From Vicugna vicugna (lineage: Eukaryota): a DNA stretch of 64,000 nt. The notes under the pieces were generated by a model. That model searched no databases and was not told where the DNA came from. It saw only the letters and a list, made by a program, of their open reading frames with translations. A program made the translations under genes and the position numbers. Location of the stretch: contig MU059418.1 of assembly GCA_013265495.1 (NCBI GenBank), positions 3,022,773-3,086,772 on the forward strand, written 5' to 3'. Positions 22,701 to 34,700 of this stretch are shown one piece after another (the first letter of the stretch is position 1; the number at the start of each line of letters is the position of its first letter).

Positions 22701-25700
22701 ATGGGGTCCTGGAGACACCCCCTTTCCCCTTCCCAGCCGGAGGTTATCTGGGATGGGCTGAGACACAGGACCATGGGCTGACAGACTCCTCACTCCACTG
22801 CCACCAGGGCACCCTCGAGGATCAGATCATTGAGGCTAACCCTGCCATGGAGGCTTTTGGCAACGCCAAGACCCTGCGGAACGACAACTCGTCCCGCTTT
22901 GTGAGTGGCCACAGTGGGAGAGGTCGGGGGCAGGAGCAGCGGCAGGGTGACACAAGGTGGTGGCAGGGCTTCAGCGGACAGCGCAGGGCTGGCTGGGCCC
23001 CCGACTGAGGCTGCTTCTCTGCCCACAGGGCAAGTTCATCCGCATTCACTTTGGTCCCTCTGGGAAGTTGGCATCCGCGGATATTGACAGCTGTGAGTAT
23101 AGGAGGGGTTGGGGGAAGGCGGGAACCTGGGACAGAGGCCTAGGTCAGAGTCTTTCTGCTCAGACTGAGCATCTGTCATCAAGTCTTTGGGGCTCCCACC
23201 CATCCCAGGTGCTTCTCCTCATCCCCTGGTCACTGCCCAGCTCAGGCCACCTCACCTCTCACCTGGAACATTCCTCCAGCCAGTCTCCATTCCTCTTCTT
23301 TCAGCCAAAGTGATCTTTCCCTGGATACTAATCTAACCACGTTGCATTCCACTTAAAAACCTTTCCTAGATCCTGTCACCTTAAGATGGAACCCCAAATC
23401 CTTACTTAGCCAGCCAGGCTCCTTGTGATTGGGCCCTTACCCTCCCTGCCGCCTCAGTCTTTCCTCTGGCCTGCAACATGGCAGGCCTGTGCCCCTCCTG
23501 CCCCAGCCTCATCTCTACACATTGAGTCCCCATCCTTTTTGAAAGACTCTTCTAATACTTCTCTGGGATCGTTGCCCATCCTGCCTGACCCAGACCACTG
23601 CACAGACACCAGGTGACCAGGCCACATGCAGAGAGGGGCCTCCATACTGACTGCTTCCCACCTTGGGAGGCATGGCCAGATCCTGACAGATACAGACCAG
23701 CAGGTGGTGAGGGCAGGAGACATCCTAATTCATGCCCCGACTGACTCATCATGCAGGCTTTACTCTGCGCACACACTGATACACCAGTGCTGCTCAGGAG
23801 GAAAGGAATGTGGTCTGTGGGTGGAGGCATGAAGGCTTAGATGAAAACATAGTTAATTAAATCCCATGCAAAGACACCCATATTAATACACCCACACAGA
23901 CTTGCAGACACATACATGTTCCTACACCATGACTTGTGTGCCAATGGAGAGACACCCTTCAGCACATGCCAGCACGTGTGCAGACATAGCACCTTGACAC
24001 TAACCCCTGCCTTTCGCTGACACCTCCTCCCTGGCCCCTCAGCCCTACTGGGGTGACCCACTCCGGGGAGGCACAGGGGATGACAGGCCAGCACCTCCCT
24101 TTCCCCTAGATCTCCTAGAGAAGTCGCGGGTGATCTTCCAGCTGCCCGGTGAGCGTGGCTACCACGTCTACTACCAGATCCTCTCGGGGAAGAAGCCAGA
24201 GCTACAGGGTGAGGGCCAGCAGTGGATGGGATGGGAGTCAGAGCCCACACATCTGGGTGGGAGTGGGGCTGCCCGGCCCTGGCCTAGTGCCCATCAGATC
24301 AGCCCCTGGGATGCTGGTTCCCCTCCTATTCTGGGCTCCATGGCATCCCTTATTTCTTGGGGACCCAGAGCTCCTTTTCTCCACTCACTCCCTTCCTGGG
24401 ACTTCTGGTTATTGCTGAGCATTGTCCTCTCTATGCTAGGGAACAGGTCCCTTTGCCCCACTGCCCTGGCAAGGTTGTCTTGCTTGCTGTTCTGAGGCTA
24501 GAAGCCCCGCCCAGTACCAAGGAGGGAAGCAATGGCTCTGTCTAGGCCCTGCTTCCCTCTCTTGCAAGCCCCTCAAGGGCAGAATCTGGTCCTTCCCGTG
24601 CCTTGACACCCAGCACAGGGTCTGGGCTAGGGGGTGGCTGTGAGCAGTAGTCACAGCTGTCCTGCCCTTCTCCACCTTGTTTACCCTAGACATGCTGCTT
24701 CTGTCCATGAACCCCTACGACTACCACTTCTGCAGCCAGGGCGTCATCACCGTGGACAACATGGATGACGGGGAGGAGCTCATGGCCACTGACGTATGTC
24801 TGTGGTGGAGGAGGCAGAGTTGGGAAGCAGGTTCAGTGCCCTCAGACTGGCTAGACCCTGGAGGAGCCCAGACTCCTCTGAGCCTTCTGTCCCGCACCAC
24901 AGCATGCCATGGACATCCTGGGCTTCAGCGTGGATGAAAAGTGTGCCTGCTATAAGATTGTGGGTGCCCTCCTGCACTTCGGCAACATGAAGTTCAAGCA
25001 GAAGCAGCGGGAAGAGCAGGCTGAGGCTGACGGCACTGAGAGTGAGGGCCAGGGCCCTGGCCCGACTGGTCATCTTGACCCTGACCCCACCATCTAGCCT
25101 GTGACCGTTGACCCTAACTCTCATCTACAGCCTTTGACCTCAGTCTTAACCTGACTTCTCAATTCCAGACCCTCACCCTCCTGAGCTGTAGAGTTCCCTA
25201 GCCCTGAACTTAACTTCTCCCAACCTCCCTCTCCTAATCCTAGGTTGGGGCCAGTAAATATGCCCCCAAGCACCTGTGTTCTTGGCCGCCTCCTCCTCAT
25301 CTCACCCGTGTGCCCTCCCAGGTGCTGACAAGGCTGCCTACCTGATGGGGGTCAGCAGTGGGGACCTCCTCAAAGGCCTTCTGCACCCCCGGGTGCGTGT
25401 GGGGAATGAATATGTGACCAAGGGCCAGAGCGTGGAGCAGGTGAGCTGCTCACAGGCTGGGGCCCACCTGGGGACAGCCAGGGCAGGGTGCCCTCCTTGC
25501 CAGGTCCCAGCCTAGACTCCCCATGCCTCCAGGTGGTGTTTGCTGTGGGGGCTCTGGCCAAGGCCACCTATGACCGGCTCTTCCGGTGGCTGGTGTCACG
25601 CATCAACCAGACACTGGACACCAAGCTGCCCCGTCAGTTCTTCATCGGTGTCCTGGACATCGCTGGTTTTGAGATCTTTGAGGTGAGAGCAGGCCCACAC

Positions 25701-28700
25701 CCCCAGGCTCTTGTTCTCTCTGGGGTGGAGGACCATGGTGGGTGGGGTGGGGGCAGGAGCCCTGGGTTTCTGCCTGGAGGCGGGGTGAACCCCTGCACAT
25801 CCCTGTTCTCCGTGGGCCTCCCCGACCCCACCTGCAAGGAGGCCTGCTGAGCCCGGCACCATCCTGTGCAGTTTAACAGCTTCGAGCNNNNNNNNNNNNN
25901 NNNNNNNNNNNNNNNNNNNNNNNNNNNNNNNNNNNNNNNNNNNNNNNNNNNNNNNNNNNNNNNNNNNNNNNNNNNNNNNNNNNNNNNNNNNNNNNNNNNN
26001 NNNNNNNNNNNNNNNNNGCCCTGCATTGACCTGATTGAGAAGGTGGGGCCCAGGGCACGGCCACTGCAGGGAAGGGAAGGGCATGGGTGCAGTGAGTGAG
26101 CAGAAGCGAGTATGTGCTTGTGTGTGAGCAAGTGTGTGCCAGCGTGCACATAAGTGTGTGGTTGTGCATTGACGTGAGCTCGTTTATGTGAGCATGGCTG
26201 TGACGTGTATATGAATGGAAATGTGTGCATGTGTGTGAACAGGTGTGTTGGAGAGTGAGTGTGATTGTGTGTTGGTGAGCAGTGTGTGTGTGTGAGTGTG
26301 CATCCCAGCCCTAATGACAACAGCCCCGTTGCAGACCCACTTTCTCAAAACTGTCCAAAAGTGCAGGGCAGGGTAGGGTGTATTTGTTTATGAAACATTA
26401 CATATATTTCCCCATTGCACAAAGACTAGAAGAAAGAAAAATGGAAAAATCTGAAGTAGAGGGGGAGAAAATGTTTTCCCTAGTAGTGCTGCCACCACCT
26501 GTTCCCTCCCAGTCCTTTATCCTGGGCATCCATTTGCTCTTACAGACACTGACTGATTTCTCATCTTACTTTTCCTCTGAAAATGTGCTTTGAGCATGGA
26601 GTGCAGATGAAGAAGGCACAGCAGTTCACGCAGCAGATGGTTATCGTGCGTTTCTGTAATCTCCTACTAGCAGATTGTTTAGGTGGTCAGCAGTTTTTTG
26701 CTGTTAAAGCAGCACTAAAAGTATTCACTTCCTCATTTTGTGGGTTAGGAAATTGAAGCTTAGCAAGGCCTAAGGGCCCCACAACTAGTAAGTGAGGAAG
26801 CCAAAATTTGAACTCAACTGCTTTTTCTGACTGTACTATGTGTGAGTGTGTGAGACCATGGATGTTGTGGGGTGAGTGGGTGCAGGAATGCCAGAGCGAG
26901 TTTGCACACTTCTTACAAGCAAAGAGAGCAACCCAGAGCTGCAAATTGTGCAGAAGAGGGTTGGAATCAAGCCACAAACTTTTCTTTCTCCTGGGTGAGG
27001 GTCTGGTCTTCGTCCCTCCGGGAAGATGGCTGAAGTTCGGGCATCTGGGAAGGTTCCTAGAGGGAGGGGCTCTGGGAAACGGGGGTCCAGCCCAGCCTGG
27101 ATTGGGTGGCTTGATGGAGGCCTTTCAAGCTTGTGCCCTGTCTGCAGCCGCTGGGCATCCTGTCCATCCTGGAGGAGGAGTGCATGTTCCCCAAAGCCTC
27201 AGATGCCAGCTTCCGGGCCAAGCTCTATGATAACCACGCGGGGAAGTCGCCCAACTTCCAGCAGCCACGGCCTGACAAGAAGCGTAAATACCAGGCCCAC
27301 TTTGAGGTGGTCCACTATGCAGGCGTGGTAGGTGCCTGTTGAAACCCCAGCTCTTGACCACTCTCCTCCCTCCTCTGGGTTCCCCCTCCTTGGCTCAGCA
27401 CCTGTCTGGTCTCCGGCAGGTGCCTTACAGCATCGTGGGCTGGCTGGAGAAAAACAAAGATCCACTAAATGAGACGGTGGTCCCCATCTTCCAGAAGTCA
27501 CAGAACAAGCTCTTGGCTACTCTCTACGAGAACTATGCCGGCTCCTGCTCTAGTGGGTACCAAGGGAGGAGATTCTCTGGGGGACTCACAGAGTGATGTC
27601 CCCTGGAGTGACCTGTCCCATGTCTCTCCTAGCTGAGCCCCCCAAGTCTGGGGTGAAAGAGAAGCGTAAGAAGGCAGCGTCATTCCAGACGGTGTCCCAG
27701 CTGCACAAGGTGAGGCCCAGTCTAGGCCCTGTGCAGGCCCTCACCCTGCCAGCCTCCAGCCCCGTCCTGGCTTCCTGCTGTGTCCCCTGCACCCTGGGCG
27801 GGCGGCCGTTAAGACTTGCAGTGATGTTTAACTCCTCTCCACGTGAACATCACAGCAAGTCTGTGCTGCTTCCCGTCCCCACGCTGCCTGGGCAGGGTTT
27901 AGGGGGGATGGGGTGGGAGCCACGGGGCCTGTGGGAGGGATGGGGGTTGGGGGAGGGAGTGAAGACTTTGGGGATGGTGAGGGGGACCCAGTCAAACAGA
28001 AGAGGACAAAGGGTCACAGGAACAGAGGGGACAGCTGTGTAGAGACACGCTTAGGCACCTAGCTCACTAGTTCTTAACGGGCTGATCCGCTGCGGTTTCC
28101 AATTCTGCTCTCTGCCCTCTTGTGCCTTCTCCCCTTTCCCCACCCCCAGGAGAACCTCAACAAGCTGATGACCAATCTGCGGGCCACACAGCCCCACTTT
28201 GTCCGTTGCATTGTCCCCAATGAGAACAAGACACCAGGTAGTCACTTTGGGGCAACTTGGTGGGGTGGGGGAACATTAGAGAGAGGGGACACGGCAGACT
28301 GAAGCCAGGTCTTCCCCCGCTGCAGGGTCAGCACAGCCTCAAAGCAAGCCCTGTGTCTGGACTCTAGACCATGAAAATGTGTCCATTGACCTCTAACCTT
28401 TCTCTACCCCTACCACGTCCAGGGGTCATGGATGCCTTCTTGGTGCTACACCAGCTGCGCTGCAATGGGGTTCTGGAGGGGATTCGGATCTGCCGTCAAG
28501 GATTCCCCAACAGGCTGCTTTACACTGACTTCCGGCAGCGGTAGGTGTCGCCCTGCCCCAGTCCTGGCTCTCTTCCCAGCTCCCCCTGCGCAGCCACCTT
28601 CCCCCTTGCCCTCCACCCAGGTGGAGGCAGCAGCCTGAGCAGGTGGGAAGGGTACACAATTTTAGAACCAGACAGATATTTCCAGTCACCAAGGAGGGTG

Positions 28701-31700
28701 CAGGGGGTACCAGGGACAGGGCTGGGCAGGCATCCCAGAAGGAGACGGTCATGGCTGAGACCTGGGAGTGGACTAGGGGAGAAGTGAACAGCCTTGGGGT
28801 AAATGTTGGAAGTACAGCAGCAGGTCTTGCTGATGAATTGAACGCAGAATAAGAAAGAAAGAAAAGATAAAAGTGACTTCCAGGAATTTGGCTTGAGCAA
28901 CTGGGGAGCTGATGGCAGATTTACTGACATATCAAGATAGGATTTTTTTTTAAATTTCTTTGGTGGATGGAAGGATAGTAGAATGAGCTCTACTTTGAGT
29001 ACGTCAAGTCTGAAATGTCTCCAGCAGATATCCTAGGAGGGAACTTGAGGAGGAGACTGGATCTGTTGGTCTGGAGCTTGGTGGCAGGAGGGGTGGGCAG
29101 GCAGAGCTGGATGTAGAGCTGGGAGTTGAATGAGGGCTCATGCATATGCCTGGCCCCGAGCTCAGTCATTGTGGTTAACGATTAGCCCCCTCTGCCTTCC
29201 CTTTATAGGTTAGATTTCTGTTGGGCTGCATGTCTGTAGTTCCCTCCCCCTCCAGAAGTCACTGTGACCACCCACACTGACCGTTATACATGTGTGTCCA
29301 TACAAATGCTGTGCACATGTGCACACACACACATCCTGTTTGTTTTTCCCTATAATCATATATCTTGGAGATTGTTCCTTATCGATAGACATAAGTCTGT
29401 ATCATCATCCTTTTTTTTTCCTTTACATTAAGACTATTTTTTAGAGCAGTTTTAGGTTTACAGCAAAATTGAGGGGAAGGTACAGAGATTTCCTATATGC
29501 CCCTTGCCCCAACGCGTGCATGGCCTCCCCCATTGTCAACACCCCTGATGAGAGTGGGACACTTGTCACAGTTGATGAACCTGCATGGACACATCATAAT
29601 CCCCCAAGTCCATAGTTTCCATCACAGTTCACTGTTGGCTACATTCTGTAGATTTGGATAAAGATAATGACATGTAACATCATCTATGGCAGTAAAACAT
29701 CCCATTGTCTGGTGAAGCATGCTTTGTTAACCAGTCCCTTAGGGAGGGGATTTTTGCATTCACAATGTGGTCATGCCTGCCGGACCCACACAGCCCTGTA
29801 CACACGTGCAAGTGTGGCCACCTTGGAAGTGGATGTGCCAGAACCCTTGCTCTCGTTGATAAGAATTCTCCCCCAATGTTTCTTCAGTTTGTGATATGCC
29901 ATAACACATCACCTTCTTTATTATGTTTTTGCCATCTCAAAAAAATTATAAATTATTTTTAAAATTATGAATTTAAAAATTATAAAAGAACTATATGCCT
30001 TTTGTAAATACTGGAGCCTCTTAAAGAACTTAACTATTGAATGTATTTAAATGCTATCCAAGATTTTTAAACACTATGCCCAGTACCCCAGTGTCACAGC
30101 ACCCTCTCCCTGCCAGCTTGTTCAGTGGGTGCCCCACTGGAGCTTCTGCTCCAACCTGAGAGGCCCAGGAGTATTTGCCCTGCTACCCTGGCCACCCTCT
30201 CAGTCCTTGACTTCCTGCCCAGCACCTTCCTCACTGGCCCTTCCTGGCTCCCCCAGGTACCGCATCCTGAACCCCAGCGCCATCCCGGATGACACCTTCA
30301 TGGACAGCAGGAAGGCCACAGAGAAGCTGCTGAGCTCTCTGGACATCGACCACACCCAGTACCAGTTTGGCCACACTAAGGTGGGGGGCACAGGAGAGTT
30401 AGGGTGCTGACCCGGGCATGGGCAGTCATGCTGCATGGGGTCCTGTGGGCTGTTGAGAGTTATACCTACCCTCACCCCCACCCCATCCCAGGTGTTCTTC
30501 AAGGCTGGGCTTCTAGGCATCTTGGAGGATCTTCGTGACCAGCGTCTGGCCAAGGTCCTGACGCTGCTGCAGGCACGGAGCCGGGGCCGCCTCATGCGCC
30601 TTGAGTACCAGCGCCTTCTTGGAGGCAGGTGGGTGTGGGAGGGGGATGGGGGACCTGGATGGGGGTACAACCACTATCCCTCAGCTCACAGACCCACCGG
30701 GCTCTCTGAACCCTGTCTTACTGTCCTGTGGGTTAGATTTTCCTCTATGGCTGGTTGGGTGTCTCTGAAGGGGGAAGACTGGTTTGTGCCCTTAACCCGC
30801 AGCTGCCATTTTCTCTCCTCAAAAATTGGAGTAAGGATGGGAGGGAGGGATCTACTGGGAGTTTGGGATCGGCAGACACAAACTACTGTGTATGGGATAG
30901 ATAAACAACAAGGTCCTACTCTATAGCACAAGGACCTATATTCAATGGCTTGTAGAAATCTGTAGTGAAAAAGGATATCTGTGTGTATATATGTGACTGA
31001 ATCGCTATGCTGTGCACCAGAAACGAATATAACATTGTAATTCAATTATACTTCCATAAAATTCTAATTTAAAAAAATTTTAAAAAGAACTGATTAAAAA
31101 AAGATAAAAACAAAAGTGATTCCAAAGGTTAAAAAAAAAAATGAGTAAGAGAACCTGTCTCGCTACTCCAGGCCATCCCAGGATGTAGTCCAGAGTAGTT
31201 AATAATGGCATCTAGTGTTTTCCAAGGCTGTTAAGTGCCAGGCCCTGGGCAAGATGCTTTATTTGAATCTATCTTGGTTAAAGTACAGAGAAGTCTTAAG
31301 AGGCAGGTGCTGTGAGTACCTCTGTTCACCAGAGGGGGTGCCTGAGTCAGCCAGTCAGCAGGCTAGTGGTGGGGAGGCTGGGGTGTGAACCCGGGCAGTC
31401 TGACCTTATATAAAAGCCTGGTGACTTTACCACCCCTGGTGTCTTCAGGACACTTGCAGGGGTCACCAAGGACATTCAGGGCACATGAGCTCCCATATGG
31501 AGGCAGACCTGTGTGACCTTGGGCCTCTCCCTCAACCCCAGTTGTAAAGCAGAGGATTAGGACCTACTTGTTGGGAGGGTTAATGGGATCACACGCTGGC
31601 GTGCTTAGTGCAGTGCATGGCCTGGGGATGTGCTCGGGGAACACTGGGGCTGCTGCTATGAAGGGAGCAGCACTGAACCTGCTGGCCACCTGTGGCTGCC

Positions 31701-34700
31701 TCTCCCCAGGGATGCCCTCTTCACCATCCAGTGGAACATCCGTGCCTTCAATGCCGTCAAGAATTGGTCATGGATGAAGCTCTTTTTCAAGATGAAGCCA
31801 CTGCTGCGCTCGGCACAGGCCGAGGAGGAGCTGGCGGCCCTGCGGGCAGAGCTGCGGGGGCTGCGAGGGGCGCTGGCCACTGCTGAGGCCAAGCGCCAGG
31901 AGCTGGAGGAGACGCACGTCAGTGTCACACAGGAGAAGAATGACCTGGCCCTGCAGCTGCAGGCAGTGAGTGGGGAAAGGGAAGTGGAGAGAGGAGGTGT
32001 TTTCCTCTGCCACTCGATGTCCCCTGGCACCCTCAAAGAGAACCCCAGGCCGCTCCCAGGAAATACCACAACCAGATCCTGGCCAGGGCGGACCTGGCAT
32101 GCTCAGGCCTCACCTGGAGCTTCCTTCTGATTCCAGAGGTGCCTGTGGGCTCGGGCCACAGCGCAGCTTCCCACGTTCCCAGCCTCCCTACCCAGTCTCT
32201 GCATGTGTCCTGATGCTCCCGATCCCTGTGCCATCTGGCTTCCTGCTAAAGCTGCAGTGGAGCCCCATCTCCCCACCTGTCCCCTCCTGGCCATCCCTGA
32301 GACAGACTCATGCTCCCTTCTCTGGTTAGGGGCTATGGGAACCCAGGCAGCCGGTAACAATAATAACCTGAAGGCAGAGAGCAGGGGTCTGGAGTCTCTC
32401 CAAGTCCACAGAGCCATTCCTTCCTTCAGCAAATACTGAGTGTCAGGCACCCCCAGTACCTCTGGTGACATTGGTGGGAAGACAGACAGGCCTGAGCTTA
32501 CACACTCACTTGGAGCAGGAGATGGTTATGCAGCCTGGCAGTGAGGAGCATGTGGTGGCAGAGAACTCGAGCCCCTGCGTGGCCATGCAGGGCCCTCCCC
32601 ACCCTCACCCCTCAGCCCAGTGTGGGCAGAGCTGGCAGCTGGCTTCCCTCCTAGAGCCTCACTCTGGGTTACCCCTAGCCTATCTAACATTCCCCTCTTG
32701 CCACGTGTCCATCCCTCTACCCGAGTCCTCGTCCCACCACACCTAAACCCCTTCAGGGCCAAGAGCAGATCTTCGGCGTCCCTTGGACCCAGAGCCCAAG
32801 TGAGCGTATGTCAGACCTTTGCACAGACAAACGAGCTTCCTTCTCTGGGGCCTGGCCTGGTGTCCCTCAGCTGGACCCGCCCTGACTCTGCCCCATCCTG
32901 CATCCCCATCCAGGAGCAGGACAACCTGGCGGATGCCGAGGAGCGCTGCCACTTGCTAATCAAGTCCAAGGTGCAGCTCGAGGCAAAGGTGAAGGAGCTG
33001 AGCGAGCGACTGGAGGACGAGGAGGAGGTGAATGCTGACCTGGCTGCCCGCCGGCGCAAGCTGGAGGATGAGTGCACAGAGCTCAAGAAGGACATCGATG
33101 ACCTGGAGCTGACGCTGGCCAAGGCTGAGAAGGAGAAGCAAGCCACGGAGAATAAGGTGTGGGAAGAGCCCAGAGCCAGGGGGCCGGCTGAGGGGTCAGG
33201 TGGCTGCAGGTTCCCCTCCTGGTTCTGTCAGGCCCCTGCTGTGTGGCCTTGGGTGGGTCTCTTCCTCTCTGTGGGCCTCAATTTCCTCATCTGTCAAATG
33301 GGGTTAACTGCAGCACTTCCCTCATTAGGGTGGGCAAGGATTCGGTGTATAAGTAGCCTTTGCTCAGTGGGGTAAGCTGCTTATTCAGGTCCTCACAGGT
33401 GCTCACTGAGGAGGCCCTGACTAGGAAACAGCTGCTTGAACACCTGCTGAGCCCACACTAACTGCCATCTATCGATCTTTCACTCTGGGCCAGACACTGC
33501 AGAGGGCTTTGTGAGCATTTGCTCATGAGTCCCTCAGTACCACTCGAGGAGGATGCGATGTAGTCATCCCTTAAGGATGAAGATATTTAGGCTTGGACTG
33601 AAGTGACTTGCCCAAGTTTCCCTGGCTGGAAGGGGTGGTTGCTGAGCCATGGTGTGGCGGATGCTCAGACCCGAGTTAAGAGAGTGGTGTCCCCGTGGTG
33701 ACCCTGGCCCCTGCACAGGTGAAGAACCTGACGGAGGAGATGGCGGCGCTGGACGAGTCGGTGGCCCGACTGACCAAGGAGAAGAAGGCATTGCAGGAGG
33801 CCCACCAGCAGGCCCTGGGCGACCTGCAGGCTGAGGAGGATCGTGTGAGCGCGCTGGCCAAGGCCAAGCTCCGGCTGGAGCAGCAGGTGGAAGATGTGAG
33901 TTGGGGCCAGAGCAGGGTGCTGTGCGGTGGGGCCGAGGCGTATGGACGGTGGCTGAGCCCACCCACCCTGTCCCTCTCTGCAGCTGGAGTGCTCCCTAGA
34001 GCAAGAGAAGAAGCTGCGCATGGACACGGAGCGGGCCAGACGCAAGCTCGAGGGGGACCTGAAACTGACGCAGGAGTCGGTGACAGACGCTGCCCAGGAC
34101 AAGCAGCAGCTGGAGGAGAAACTCAAGAAGTAGGTGTGGGGAGGGCCGCAGACCCCACCTCCTGACAGGCAGGGCACCTCCTGAGCCTGCACCTGGCTTC
34201 TCAGTTCTCCTGGGCCCCAGTCAGTTCCACCTCACTGCAGACGCTGAACGTGAAGGGTTCAGAAGTGGGGGTCACTAGAGTGTAGAGGGTAGTGTCCTGC
34301 CCTCCCTGGACTGAGGGCCAGGCTCCAGGGCCGGGGCTGGAGAGGGAACACAGGGATGAGGTCACTTAGGGTGGCTCTGGGCACAGTGCCTCAGGCTGGG
34401 AGTCAGCTGACGGTGGGTCCCGAGGGCCCCAGGCTGGTTGATGAAAGTTAGGACCTGGGCTGGCTCACACCCACCCTGTGACCTCTAGAAAGGACTCCGA
34501 GCTGAGTCAGCTGAACCTGCGGGTGGAGGATGAGCAGCTCCTTGGAGCCCAGCTGCAGAAGAAGATCAAGGAGCTGCAGGTGTGTGAAGGATGGGGGCTG
34601 GCAGGGATGAGGGTAAGAGGCCCACAGAGGTGACACTGCCACCTGCCTGTCCCCAGGCTCGGGCGGAGGAGCTGGAAGAGGAGCTAGAGGCGGAACGGGC

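Noticed and set aside
25142-25149. miR-499-5p 8mer site AGTCTTAA (also near 31292) suggesting autoregulation
   Set aside because: Both are intronic, so they are not in mature mRNA; I found no seed site in either 3' UTR by eye
32620-33375. 251-aa + strand ORF
   Set aside because: It is coding exon 24 read through into the flanking introns, not a separate gene
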